64,000 nucleotides of DNA. Origin: Eledone cirrhosa. Its lineage: Eukaryota. The position numbers and the translations under genes are program-made. The notes below the pieces were generated by a model. It saw nothing but the letters and a program-made list of their open reading frames with translations, did not search any database and had not been told where the DNA came from. Positions 38,451 through 51,595 of the stretch are shown in pieces (the first letter of the stretch is position 1; every line of letters starts with the position of its first letter). The DNA lies in the NCBI GenBank assembly GCA_964016885.1, contig OZ024748.1:52638001-52702000 (forward strand), in the 5' to 3' direction.

Positions 38451-39681
38451 TTGTTAGGTAAGATCAAGCATTTAAAGAACAGGAATAAATACCAGAAGGC
38501 ATCTTGTCGGATGCTCTAATGACTGTGATAGCCCTCAATAAACGGTAGTTTGTTGAGGAGGTGGTAGTAGTGCTGGAGATGAAGTAGGAGGTGATGGGGG
38601 TGTTGGTGGGAGTAGTGGGAGTAGTGGTGGTAGTGGTGGTGGTGATGGTGGTGGTGGTGATGGTGGTGATGGTGGCGATGGTGGTAGTAGTGGCAGTACT
38701 GATGGTGGTGGCAGTCCTCCTGATGATGATGGTAGTGGTGGTGGCAGTGCTGGTGATCGTGGTAATGGTATTGGTAGTAGTGGTGGTGGTGGTGGTAGCA
38801 GTGCTGGTGATGTTAGTAGGAGTGTTGGTAGTGATGCTGGTGGTGGTGGTGGTGGCAGTGCTGGTGATGGTGGTAGTGGTATTGGTAGTGGTGGTGGTGG
38901 TGGTGGTGATGGTGGTGGTAGCAGTGCTGTTGATGTTAGTAGGAGTGTTGGTAGTTATGCTGGTGGTGGTGGTGGTGGTGGTGGTGGCAGTGGAAGGGAG
39001 AAAGGAGGTGTGGTTGTGTTGCTGGTGGTGGTGGTGGTGTGGGGGTGGGGGTGGGGATGTGCATCGGGGGAGGGAGAGTTAATAAAAAATATAGTAGTAG
39101 TAGTGTTTGCATCAGAAAATAGAGTAATTAGAAAGGCAAGGGTGATGACAATCTGAGATTAGATATGATGTGATGATGTGATGATGTGATGATGATAACG
39201 ATGATACTGATGTTAATGATGGTAATGATACTGATGTTAATGATGATGATGATACTGATGTTAATGATGATGATGATACTGATGTTAACGATGATAAGGG
39301 TAATGATAAGAATTATCCTGATGATCCGATGATTGAGGATGATCAGAGAAATGATGCTTATTTTGCTTATTTGTATGTAGCTTATTTTGATAATGATCAC
39401 GACAATCAGGAGTAATACAGTATCAGCTATGTGAGGCATGTTGGCAATAGTGATGATAGAAAGGTGGAAGTAACATAGTTGGGATGAAAGAAGAGATGGT
39501 TATGAGAATTGTTATGATGATGATGATGCACTGATATATACATATATACACACACACACATATATCTATATATATATATATATGAGTGTATATATATATA
39601 TATATACACTCATATATAGACATATATACATATATATTTCTTCAAAGATACAAAGATACAATAGAGATTATCTCTCTCTCG

Positions 39682-39715
<34 letters not shown>

Positions 39716-39759
39716 ATACATACACACATATGCATATACACATACATCATCATCATGAA

Positions 39760-39846
<87 letters not shown>

Positions 39847-39909
39847 AAGAGAAAGAGAGAGAGAGAGAGAGAGATGTAAAATCTCGACCACGCCACCAAC
39901 CAATTTTGG

Positions 39910-39950
<41 letters not shown>

Positions 39951-40000
39951 TAAATATATATATACACACATATATATATACATATATGCACATACACATA

Positions 40001-40040
<40 letters not shown>

Positions 40041-40650
40041 GTCATCATCATCATCATCATCATGAATATCATCATTATCCTCACTGTTGTCATCAGAGTT
40101 TTTAATAACCATAAAGATAACAGTTTCCCTGAGAGGAGAGGAGAGGAGAGGAGAGTGGGTGGTATTTCCATTAGTGGTTGCAATAGTGTTGTTGTTGTTG
40201 TTGTTTGTGTAGTGTGAGTTATGGCAGTAGGGGTAGTTGTGGAGACAACAACAACAACAATAATAATAATAATAATAATAATAACAATAACATTAGTAAT
40301 TAATCTGATGGCTTACAACCAATGAATGTTGTGAATGTCAATGATCATTATCATATTATTATTATTATTATCATTATTATTATTATTATTTTATTATTAT
40401 TCCCCCCCACACACACACATAAAAACACACAAAAAAAGAAAATTTAAAGTGCATATAGTTGCTAGTAACAAAATGAAAGACTAAAAAAAAAAAATAAAAA
40501 AAAAAAATCTAAATGAAAAATAACAGAAAAGAAAATGATTAAATAAACTCCTATATTCATACATAAATATAAATAAATACATATTACATTCATACAGACA
40601 TATATATCAAATAGGACAATTGGAAAAATGAGCTACATCTTGAAACTCAC

Positions 40651-40697
40651 TTATGCACTGGGCGTTGACAACAATATTCAACCATAACGAAGTCCAT
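40651..40697 (-). other. Candidate short ATG-initiated exon (MDFVMVEYCCQRPVH) ending at a GTGAGT donor
   Basis: Unique-complexity sequence with a consensus donor; no recognisable homology. Confidence 0.2.
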
Positions 40698-41294
40698 TGC
40701 TATATTAATGACACAAACAGCCGTAGATATAATTTAAGTAAAACTCTAAAAATAAACATTCACTATACTACTGCTACTACTGTTGGAATTGTTGGGGTGG
40801 TTCGGTGGGTGGGTTGGTAAGCAAAGCTACATAGACCTGATAGAAAGGGAAAGCCAATCCAGGAACTGGCCTTGTATTTATGTATTAGCAGATCATAAAA
40901 ACAGAGAACGGTGTCGTCGTGCTGGGAAATAATTGAAATGCAGTAAATTGAAACAAACAATGGTTACTTTAATTCAGTTATTAAAATTACATAGGATGTC
41001 GAGAAAAGTGTTCATCAAATAATAAGAGATGCAATGGAATTTCAATGAAACATGGCTGCTTAATCTTTGATAAAAAGATACTTATAACCAGCAAGCATAA
41101 AAACTACACATATTGAAGTGTGTCCAATAAAGCTACTATGAACTTTAAAATGTCATATAAATTGATGTGACATATAGAAATTTGTTATACATACAAATTA
41201 AGTAAATATGCACACACATAGACACATATGTAGGCGAATATATCTTAGATAATTTACATGTGCATATGTGAATACAGATCTAATCATGATGATC

Positions 41295-41342
<48 letters not shown>

Positions 41343-41837
41343 TTATATATTTATATATATATATATGAATTTTAGATGCTTATATGAGACAAAGATGAAG
41401 GCATAATTCCATATTGTTTCTGAGACCATAGTAATTTTTATGTGAAGAGTATTACATACATATATACACATATATATAATCATTGAGGTTATATATACTC
41501 ATACTTATACACATATATGTAATCATTGAGGTTATATACACTCATACATACATGCATATATGTAATCATTGAGGTTATATACACTCATACATACATGCAT
41601 ATATGTAATCATTGAGGTTATATACACTCATACATACATGCATATATGTAATCATTGAGGTTATATACACTCATACATATACACATATATGTAATCATTG
41701 AGGTTATATACACTTAAACATATATGCATATATGTAATCATTGAGGTTATATACACTCAAACATACATGCATATATGTAATCACTGAGGCTATATACACT
41801 CATACATACATGCATATATGTAATCATTGAGTCTATA

Positions 41838-42334
41838 TGACGGCTGCCCCCTCGTTATAGAGTATGGCCATTGCATGATATACCATTATTAATAATTATT
41901 AACTAATTCTATCGTGCAATGCCTGTGCATGCAGATATATTTTAAAGTGAGGAAAGACTGTGCACTGAGCCAATCCCACTCTCTGAGCGACAGTAGCTAT
42001 AACTCGAAAAGAAGAAAAGATCAACATCATCAGTAACTACTGAGCCGCAGGTTTTATATCGGAGTTATCCCAGTTTCCTGAGTTGCCTTCTCCTAGAAGA
42101 ATGCCCTGACAAAGGCTAGGGGTCCTTCACTCCCAGTGGTTTAACTGCACAGTACAGGTCTATATACATATTTACACATTTTTGGATAGCCGTTGACTCT
42201 TATGAGTTCTTCGGCCCTTGTCAGGTTTTGTTTTTTGTCCTGCAGGGTGTCCAAAATCCCCCTCCTCACCAAGTAAACTTGGTAGGGTTGCCGGTTTAGT
42301 CGCCGACGACCCGACCATGCGACAGGTTGTACCT
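41838..42334 (-). mobile_element. Non-autonomous RTE-derived element (same family as 9006-9621)
   Basis: Reverse-complement match including the internal AT-rich hairpin and 3' end. Confidence 0.75.
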
Positions 42335-42948
42335 ATATGGTGGCTGCCAACTCGTTTACGAGTACGGCCACTACTTTATATCCATGTAGGAGAACCCCTA
42401 CCGATACGCTGAACGAGTGTGACTTTTTAGTCCAGCCAGCGACTTGAAAACTCTGGTACAAACACTACACTTGTGACAATTATTGACACATAGTGCTGGG
42501 CCCATAGTACCATGTGACGACAAGTGCAGAGAGATCTCCAGATATAAAGCAATGCCTGTGCCGTGAAGCTTTTATAGTGAGCAAAGGCATTGCACAAAGC
42601 CAGTCCCACTCTCTTAACCAAGATGATATTTACCAAAAAGAAGAACAAGTCAACATCATTGGATACCATCAGGGTTGCAGGTGTTATATCAGAGTTTTCC
42701 TTCTCCTAGAATTCTGCCTTGACAAAGGCTAAGGGGTCATCTCTCCCGGTGATTTTGGATGGCCATTGACTCTTAAGAGCTCCTTTGCCCTTTGACAGGT
42801 TTTGTTTTTAGTCCTGCAGGATGTTCAAAGTCACTCTCCTCACCAAGAAACCTTGGTGGGGTTGCCAGTTTAGTCGCCAATGACCCGACCATGAGACAGG
42901 TTGTACTGGGATACATGTTACCAGTGGCACCAACTGGTGACCTGACAG
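42335..42948 (-). mobile_element. Internally deleted RTE element retaining 5'UTR, C-terminal zinc finger and 3' end
   Basis: Minus 42475-42398 translates HKCSVCTRVFKSLAGLKSHTRSAYR*; 3' end TGGCCGTACTCGTAAACGAGTTGGCAGCCACCA; 5' part homologous to 9006-9540. Confidence 0.7.
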
Positions 42949-43784
42949 GTACATATATACACTCATACATGCATATATGTAATCATTGAGGCTATGTATA
43001 TACTTATACATATACACATATGTAAACCTTGAGATAATATATACTCATACATACACATATTTGTAATCACTAATATTTATATATAGTCATACATACATAC
43101 ACATATGTAATCACTGATATTTATATATAGTCATACATACATACACATATTTGTAACCACTGATATTTATATATAGTCATACATACATACACATAGGTAA
43201 TCACTGATATTTATATATAGTCATACATACATACACATATGTAATCACTGAGGTTAGATATACTCAGATATACTCATATATGTAATCCTTGAGGCTATAT
43301 ACACTTATACATGTATAATCATTTAGATAATATATACTCATACATATACACATGTCATCATTGAGGTGTATATATACTCATACACACACACACATATGTA
43401 ATCATTGAGGCTATATATACCCATACATATACACATAAGTAACCATTGAGATTATATAGACAAGTCTGAGCAGTTAGCCACGCTGGACCCTGCTCAGATG
43501 GAACTGTATTTTGGCTGGGATTTTTACAGTTCGATACCCTTCCTAACACAACCATGTTTACAGAGTAGAATACCTGCACATATTTAAATATATGAATATA
43601 TTATATATATATGTAAATGAGGTTGGTGTTAGGGAGGACATCCAGCTGTAGAAATCAAGCCAGAATCAGTTCCCGTATGAGCAAGATAAGGTCAGCCGAC
43701 GGACACTGCCCACAACAGGACAACCCATCTAAGCCATGCTAGCGTGGAAGAACGAACTTAAAACAGTGATGATGATGATGATGA

Positions 43785-43855
<71 letters not shown>

Positions 43856-43858
<3 letters not shown>

Positions 43859-43980
43859 GGTGGTCTAAATGTCGCGATACATTAAAAAAATAATTATGTT
43901 TTATAAGAAACAATGTATTCAAAATAAATAAATATGGAAAGTTAAACATTTCCTATGTATTGCAATTTTTGGGCCACCCT
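43856..43980. mobile_element. Tc1/mariner-type MITE
   Basis: GGTGGTCTAAATGTCGCGATACAT ... ATGTATTGCAATTTTTGGGCCACC TIRs; related copy at 52957-53080. Confidence 0.7.
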
Positions 43981-44093
43981 ATCATTGGGAGGACTGCTGG
44001 ATTTTCTAATCTACCAGTCTCTTCTTAGCGCTGAGGGAGACCATCACCATTCTATTAATGTTGATATAATTCTTATATCGATATTATTTGGGC

Positions 44094-44141
44094 ATCCACT
44101 GATGAGTTTATAAGAGCCCGCTTGTGTATAAAACTATGGAT
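44094..44141 (+). ncRNA. Degenerate hammerhead-like motif
   Basis: ATCCA-CTGATGA-...-AAAAC-TA-TGGAT; the GAAA G and part of stem III are lost. Confidence 0.4.
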
Positions 44142-44246
44142 TATATACAAGTTTCTACATAACCTGGAAATTATTTATCCCAAATTATCCCCTGTGATTG
44201 TTTCATGTGTTTATTTTAAATATATATATGTCAATCAATTTCTAGT

Positions 44247-44284
<38 letters not shown>

Positions 44285-44294
<10 letters not shown>

Positions 44295-44472
44295 AGATCA
44301 AAAGATAGTTAAGTATTTTATTATGCGCATTTCAAAAACAAATATCATCATGGGATGATATCTGCGTTCTCATCAGATAAAATAGGGAGACATGATATGA
44401 AGCTTAAAAAACACTTGTGAATAGTGAAGTTTTAAATAAATTGCTTTATTGTGCTACAGTAAAACTCACCTC
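44285..44472. mobile_element. Family A hammerhead element, collapsed to one arm plus the end of the tail
   Basis: Left arm (TATTTTATTATGCGCATTTC...TCATCAGATAAAATA) joined directly to TTGCTTTATTGTGCTACAGTAAAACTCACCTC. Confidence 0.8.
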
Positions 44473-44477
44473 ATTTT

Positions 44478-44722
44478 CATCATCATCATTTCATTTACAG
44501 TGAGTGCTGGGTGCTTTTTTGCCGTGGCACCTACACGACCACTTTGCAGTGGAATGATAGGGACGCTAGTCCCTATCATCTCATTTCTACAGCTGAGTAA
44601 ACTGGAGCAATGTGAAATAAAGTGTCTTGCTCAAGGAAACAACACATCACCCGGTCTGAGAATTGAACTCACAACCTTTCGATTGCAAGGCCAATGCTCT
44701 AACCACTAAGCCATGTGCCTCC
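44478..44722 (-). mobile_element. CORE-type SINE family 1 with shortened tail
   Basis: Reverse complement of the family 1 head and core. Confidence 0.88.
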
Positions 44723-44939
44723 ATCTAGTGTTAAAAACCAAAATGGAACAAATTAACAAGGCATTCTCTCCAACCAAAGGCAGAATAGATAACAGACTTA
44801 AAACAGAGATTGTGGTGGTGAAATTCATACATACAAATAACCTAAATGCATCTATGTATGTATATATATATGTATGTGTGTGTGTGTGTGTATATATATA
44901 TATACTCACATGCACATACATACACACACACATACACAA

Positions 44940-44978
<39 letters not shown>

Positions 44979-45994
44979 CACACACACACATGTATTAAAT
45001 CAAGTCATATTCAGATTTGCTGAAAACTTTTTTGTTTTTAATGCAAATTTTCATTAGAATTTTGTCTGTCCCAATTAAATGTGACCTATGTGATATGTCA
45101 ATACCATAAGTATTGTAAAAATGAAAGACAAATTCTTTTTTTTATTATTTTACTCAACAAATAAAGCAGCTTTATATGATTTATTTCCAAAATATTACTA
45201 AAAACAATTCCAAAAATCTACAAATTTCACAAATCTTTCCGTGTCATCTTCAACATCAATATAGGAAACAAAAGATGTGAAGGTGATAAGGAAATAAACA
45301 GAATGAGATAAGATATATATATATATATATACATACATACACACACTATATATATATATATATATACACACACACAATATATATACATATATAAATACAT
45401 ACACACATACACACATGCACTTTATATATATAGGGATACACACACACATGCATTATATATATATAGGGATACATACATGCATGCACTATATATATGTATA
45501 CATAGATACATACACACACATATATACATATATATATATATATATATCATCATATATATATATATATATATATATATTAGTTATTAAATAAATAAAATGA
45601 GGAACAAAAATAGCAACAAAATTAATAATAAAATGATAATGTCCTCTCTGCTGTTAGTAGAATGAGTCCTACTTCCTGCATGCAATACTTTTTTAACTTA
45701 TGTGTTCCATTAATTTTATTTCACATCATAAGTAAAAGAATTCTTTCAAACTATCAGAAATAATATCACATTTCTCCTCAATTTTTTTCTTATTTTAACA
45801 CCCGTTCTTAGAAGAGGAATATTTTAACAATTGGTTTTTGTGACTTATTTTTTAAATTACTATTATTTTGATTTAATTTTTCATTTTCAGAAAATAATAT
45901 ATAAAGAAGCCAGAAGATTGATGTGGAGATAGCTAAGAATGTGTATTGTTAGTTTGAAAGGCTAATATCTGCTCCACAATCATTAGGTTCTATC

Positions 45995-46800
45995 CAAGGT
46001 TCAATCCAACTTCATAGTATCTTGGGTATGTGTCATTTATCATAGCCTAGGATCAACTTATGTCTTTGGTGTAATGCTGTTGGTTTTGGTGGTAGTATTT
46101 ACATGGTAGATTGTAGTATTAACCTGTAAATAGCAGCAGACAGCAAAGTCAAGCCATATGATGACTAAGATTCTCAACAATATATATCCAAGATTCTACC
46201 AAATACTCATTCCCTCTCATATACACATATATACACCAGGTCAGAATACAAAGGAACCAAACACCCACTGTCACTGTATCTATCTTTCCCGCTGTCTACA
46301 TCTCTCACTATTGTGAGCAAATGAAGACCCAAGCACTGGCCACTTCATGGTCTTGGTGGGCAGAATAGAGAAGCTGTTTCCCCAGAGGATGGTGAAGGAG
46401 ATGGACTGGACGAGCCATTCCAGCTTGTGAGGGTCACACCTGCGGGAAGCCAACTCTGTGCCGATGGTGGTGAACAGGGAGGTGGCCCTAGGGCCAAGGA
46501 CACCAGAAGTCTTCACTGTCACAGGCTCAACCGCAAACCTGTCAGAGAGCAGCCGATATTTGGAGAGTTTACCCTCCATGGCCTGAAGTGCAGCAGAGCT
46601 TTGTGAGTGAAATATGATAGACAGAAACTGTTTGAAAGCCCGTTGGATGGACTGTCTTTTAATTCAAAGAGTCAACCGTGTCACACATTGTTTTATGTCA
46701 GAATTACATTGAAGGTACACGTGTCAGTGAAATGTTCAGCCACTTACACATTGATTGAACAACTGGAACACTCTTCATTGAAACCGATGGAGGACCATTC
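45995..46800 (+). mobile_element. Old SINE split by a nested insertion (halves about 45995-46068 and 46599-46800)
   Basis: B-box GGTTCAATCC, CTTGGGTATGTGTC core...CTTTG | CTTTGTGAGTGAAAT...GACAGAAACTG...AAGGTACACGTGTC. Confidence 0.55.
46069..46598 (-). mobile_element. CRE/RLE-type non-LTR retrotransposon 3' fragment (restriction-like endonuclease C-terminus)
   Basis: ORF 46280-46579: KLSKYRLL...EPVTVKTSGVLGPRA...WLVQSISFTILWGNSFSIL fits the K..KY..L / P...ET.G..G / L.QRIS.A..RGNA pattern. Confidence 0.75.
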
Positions 46801-46979
46801 CACCTGACAATTACATTAAGGGTACATATGTTTATATAATGCTCAGCCAATTTCATGTCAATTTCAGGAAGAGGTGTTGCAGAGATCAAACAACTAGAGG
46901 TCCAATTCTTACAGGAACTGGTCATCAAACTTTCAAGTATGTTTATTGTAAAGATTTGACTGTCATTTAAATAATCCCC

Positions 46980-47224
46980 AAATGTTGGTGACTGTTATAG
47001 TTAATTGTTTCTACTTTTGGCACAAGGCCAGCAAATACCTAGTGCATTACTGGTACTTTATTTTATTGACCCCATAAGGAACAAAGGCAAAGTTAACCTC
47101 AACGGGATTTGCTTTGCCTTTCATCCTTACGGGATCGATAAAATAAAGTACCAGTAATGCAGTGAGTAATTGCTGGCCTTGTGCCAAAAGTAGAAACAAT
47201 TAACTATAACAGCCACCAACATTT
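46980..47224. repeat. Inverted duplication of a SINE family 2 3' half plus flank
   Basis: About 113-bp arms with an about 18-bp spacer; the arms include non-SINE AAATGTTGGTGACTGTTATAG. Confidence 0.9.
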
Positions 47225-47494
47225 ATAGTTAATACCAGTAATACACAAGGGTCTATCCAATCAACTATATCAATTTTGTAAAGCTGTTTTCTCTTGAGTT
47301 GAGAGGATTTACTTTTTCTTACTCTACACTGGAATCATAAGGTGTCAAATTGACAGTCATTAGAACATCAGATAGAATGATTTGCAGTATTTGATCAGGC
47401 TCGCTACAGTTTGAGTTCAAAATTAGCCAAGGTTAACTTTGCCTTTGACAGTCATTAACATATTTGGTATTATTGAAAAAAAAAGAATTGAGTA

Positions 47495-48176
47495 TTATCA
47501 CAAATTGATCCAGTCATGCAGTTTAAAGACGATATACAAACACAAATTGATCCAGTTATGCTGTTTAAAGATGATATACACTAACGAATTGATCCAGTCA
47601 TGCTATTCAAAGACGATATACACACACAAATTGATCCAGTTATGCTGTTTAAAGATGCTATACACAAATAAATTGATCCAGTCTTGCTGTTTAAAGATGA
47701 TATATTCTCACAAATTGATCCAGTCATGCAGTTTAAAGGTGATATACACTCACAAATTGATCCAGTCTTGTAGTTTAGAGACGATATACTTTCACAAATT
47801 GATCCAGTCATGCAGTTTCAAGATAATATACTTTCACAAATTGATCCAGTCATGCAGTTTAAAGGTGATATACACTCACAAATTGATCCAGTCTTGTAGT
47901 TTAGAGACGATATACTTTCACAAATTGATCCAGTCATGCAGTTTCAAGACGATATACTTTCACAAATTGATCCAGTCATGCAGTTTCAAGACGATATACT
48001 TTCACAAATTGATCCAGTCATGCAGTTTCAAGACGATATACTTTCACAAATTGATCCAGTCATGCAGTTTCAAGATAATATACTTTCACAAATTGATCCA
48101 GTCATCCAGTTTCAAGACGATATACTTTCACAAATTGATCCAGTCATGCAGTTTCAAGATGATATACATTCACAAA
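47495..48176. repeat. 39-bp minisatellite
   Basis: CACAAATTGATCCAGTCATGCAGTTTCAAGACGATATAC-type unit repeated about 17 times. Confidence 0.95.
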
Positions 48177-48743
48177 TCTTTAATAAAAAAAACACTTCAT
48201 GTTACATTCTCTTCTATTTTATTCAGTCATTGTCAAGTACAACTAAATAAATTCCATATCTTGATCCAACTTCTTAAATTTCAAGAGATAGAGAGGGACT
48301 GGAGGTCATCCTAGTTGTATGTTTCTCCTAAGATCACGATATCTACCCCTTCTTTCAGATATTGTGGGTGGTATATTATAAGGAGAGCCATCCAAGGTTA
48401 TAAACACTTGATCTGATTAGACATGCTCTAATTATTGAGACTGTTGCCACTGGTTTGTAATTCAGTTGTGGTGTGGTAAAGTGTGGGGTGTTGTAGTGTG
48501 GTGTGGTGTGGTGTGGTGTGGTGTGGTGTGGTGTGGTGTGGTGTGGTGTGGTGTGGTGTGGTGTGGTGTAAGTGGGTGCAGTGTAGTGCTATATGTGGCC
48601 TGGCAGATCTATATATTAAATGCAACGATAGAAAAACAGACATTAAATGATGAATAAAATGACAATCATTTGCTATACATACACACACACACATATATAC
48701 ACACACACACACACATATATACACATTTGTACACACATACACA

Positions 48744-48789
<46 letters not shown>

Positions 48790-48859
48790 AGTATATACAT
48801 ATATTTATATACATAAACATTGTATATATATATATATTCACATATGTATATACATTATG

Positions 48860-48934
48860 TATACAAATTCAGTGATATATATATATATATACACAAATTC
48901 ATTGGTATATATATATATACACACAAATTCAGTG

Positions 48935-48979
<45 letters not shown>

Positions 48980-48991
48980 AATTCAGTGGTG

Positions 48992-49027
<36 letters not shown>

Positions 49028-49119
49028 AATTCAGTGGTGTATATATATATAGACACACACAATTTCGGTGGTGTATATATATATATATATATATATATTC
49101 ACACGCACACAAATTCAGT

Positions 49120-49155
<36 letters not shown>

Positions 49156-49170
49156 CGCACAAATTCAGTG

Positions 49171-49223
<53 letters not shown>

Positions 49224-49280
49224 CACACACACAAATTCAGTGGTATATATATATTTATACGCACAAATTTAGTGGTATAT
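48860..49280. repeat. Compound minisatellite ACAAATTCAGTGGTG + (TA)n
   Basis: About 9 motif copies with variable TA tracts. Confidence 0.9.
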
Positions 49281-49869
49281 ATCATTATGATGAGAGAGAT
49301 TGCTTCAGATTTCAGACAAATCTGATATAAATAAACAGAGAACTATACAAACAAAAGTGAAATAAACATAACACTTTACATATTATTTTTGGAATGAAAA
49401 TCAGAAAATGATCTCTCTGAAAATGTCTGCGACCTTGTAAAGACTGTGGTGTATATAGATAACTGAGTCTCTGTAATTCTGGAACATGTTTTTCAAAGGA
49501 CCTTAACTAAGTGTGTATTTGTAGATAGCGATATAAGCAAAAGATGAAGAAAGGATAAAGTTGGATGCTGAGATTAAATCTTTCAGCAAAGGAAGGGGAG
49601 GAAATTAACTAAACAGTCTGAGTAAATCTAAATAATTCTTAGTACTTTCAGTTTGAAATGAAAATAATCACAAATTTTCAGTGGATACCAAATAGAAATG
49701 TGGACACATATATAATTGTAGATTTGTTACACAACAATGTATAGTTACACATCTATGTAAGTCTATAAGTCTATAATCTTATACATAACCATGCTTTATA
49801 CACATATACAAACAAGATTTCTAATATATATCTGTGTATGTGTATATAAATACATACATATATATAATA

Positions 49870-50056
49870 GGGTGGTGAATTGGTGGTAGAGGGTCGGACG
49901 CCATGCTTTCCAGCATAGTTATGTCCCTTTACGATCTGAGTTCAAATCCCGCCGAGGTTAACATTGCCTTTCATCCTTACGGAGGGGGTCGATAAAATAA
50001 AGTACCAGTAATACACTGGATAATTGCTGGCCTTGTGCCAAAAGTAGAAACAATTA
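49870..50056 (+). mobile_element. SINE family 2, near full-length
   Basis: tRNA-like head, B box GAGTTCAAATCC, core GCCTTTCATCCTTACGG...GTCGATAAAATAAAGTACCAG, end GCCAAAAGTAGAAACAATTA. Confidence 0.88.
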
Positions 50057-50270
50057 GGCGTGTGACTGAGTGGTTAGAGAATTGGATTCACAATCTTGAG
50101 GTTGTGAGTTCGATTCTTGGCCCAGGTAATGCGTTATGTCCTTGAGCAAGACACTTTATTTCACATTGCTCCTTCTACCTGGAGTTGCGACCGATAGATA
50201 GTATTAGCAATTGGAAAGACCAATGGAAACATTGTTTTCTCGGTCCGATTTGACGAAAGTCGATCGTTAT
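50057..50270 (+). mobile_element. SINE family 3 (tRNA head + CORE + distinct tail)
   Basis: GAGTTCGATTC B box, CCTTGAGCAAGACACTTTATTTCACATTGC core, tail GACCAATGGAAACATTG...GGTCCGATTTGAC; copy at 63460-63665. Confidence 0.8.
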
Positions 50271-50450
50271 ATATATACATATATATATATATATTTATAT
50301 ACATTTGTTGTTAATATTTGTGTTTGGAATGAGAAAAAACAGTTGTTAAGGCAATGTACTCAATACAACATGTAGAGTGAATATATTCTCATTTAGTACA
50401 TTAATTACTCTTATATGAATAATTCTTAAAGAGAAAAGGACAAGATTTAA

Positions 50451-50668
50451 CCTTTTAGCATTTAAACCAGCCATATTCATCCAGAATTCTCTCACTTCTT
50501 TCTGTTCAAACCAGCTGTGACCAGCCACTCATACTGATGTTAATGTATTGTCCTCAAAATAAATATCAAAATCTCATAGCTTCAATATTATGTGAGATAA
50601 TTATGTGAAATAACATGTTTACTGTGAAAATACAATAGTAAATATTAAGTAATACAATTGCTAAAGGG
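50451..50668. mobile_element. piggyBac-type MITE with TTAA target duplication
   Basis: TTAA|CCTTTTAGCATT ... ATTGCTAAAGGG|TTAA; homologous to 14723-14937. Confidence 0.85.
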
Positions 50669-51595
50669 TTAAACACCACATCCTTACACTATTTTATTTA
50701 GTCAAAAAGTTACAGCAAAGACTTCTATTTCAATTTTAATATTCAAACTTTACTGGCTACATTCTAAACATACTTCTATAGTAATATATATTTTTTAGTC
50801 ACTATTGTAATTTATTTAAGGGATCTATTAACTCGGTGAAAGTATTACTTGCTGCTAATATCTTCTAATTAAAAGTACACTTAGTACACTTAGGGAAAAC
50901 ATATTGTATGATCAGTATTAAAGAAAAAGTAAATAAATAAATTTCACAAAGTTTAGAGCGAGGACGGGGAAAAGACGGGGAGAGAGGGAGGGAGAGAGAG
51001 AGAGAAATAGGGAGATATACAGGGTGGGCGGAAGAGAGAGAGAGAGGGAGGGAGAGGCGGGGAGAGAGAGGGGAGAAAATGAGAGAGAGAGAGGGGGCGA
51101 AAGGGGAGAGGGAGGAGAAAAGGAGATAGAGAGGGGGGAGAAAAGGAGATAGAGAGGGGGGAAAGGAGGGGAAGGAGAGAGAGGGGGAAGAAAAGGAGAT
51201 AGGGGGAGGGGGAAGGAGAGAGAGAGAGAGAGAAAAAGGTGAAGAAAGATGAGTAAAGATGAAGAAAATATAAATAAATAAATTTCAAAATGTTTAAAGG
51301 GAGAAGAAAAAAAGACAAGGAAAGAAATAGAGAAATAGGCAGATATACAGAGGAGGAGAGGGGGAGAGAGAGTGTGAGAGAGAGAGTGAGAGAAAGAGAG
51401 AAATAGGCAGATATACAAAGAGAGAGAGAGAGAGAGTGAGAGAAATAGGCAGATATACAGAGAGAGAGAGCGAGAGAGAGAGAAATAGGCAGATATACAG
51501 AGAGAGAGAGCAAGAGAGAGAGAGAAATAGGCAGATATACAGAGAGAGAGAGCGAGAGAGAGAAATAGACAGATATAAAAATTACTATTACACAG

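Larger units (their letters stand above)
41470..43450. repeat. About 38-bp minisatellite (ATATGTAATCATTGAGGTTATATACACTCATACATACATGC) split by an insertion
   Basis: Units at 41470-41835 and 42950-43450. Confidence 0.9.

Noticed and set aside
38715-40100. CTGATGA/TCATCAG matches in GAT-rich tracts
   Set aside because: Chance matches inside (GAT)n repeats with no GAAA or flanking helices
47439-48314. 291-aa repeat protein ORF
   Set aside because: A 39-bp minisatellite stays in frame by arithmetic, and the ORF starts inside a SINE remnant; coding is not excluded but unsupported
48860-49280. CRISPR-like repeat-spacer appearance (also 18.4 and 61 kb)
   Set aside because: Spacers are dinucleotide tracts rather than unique sequence; eukaryotic context; no cas genes
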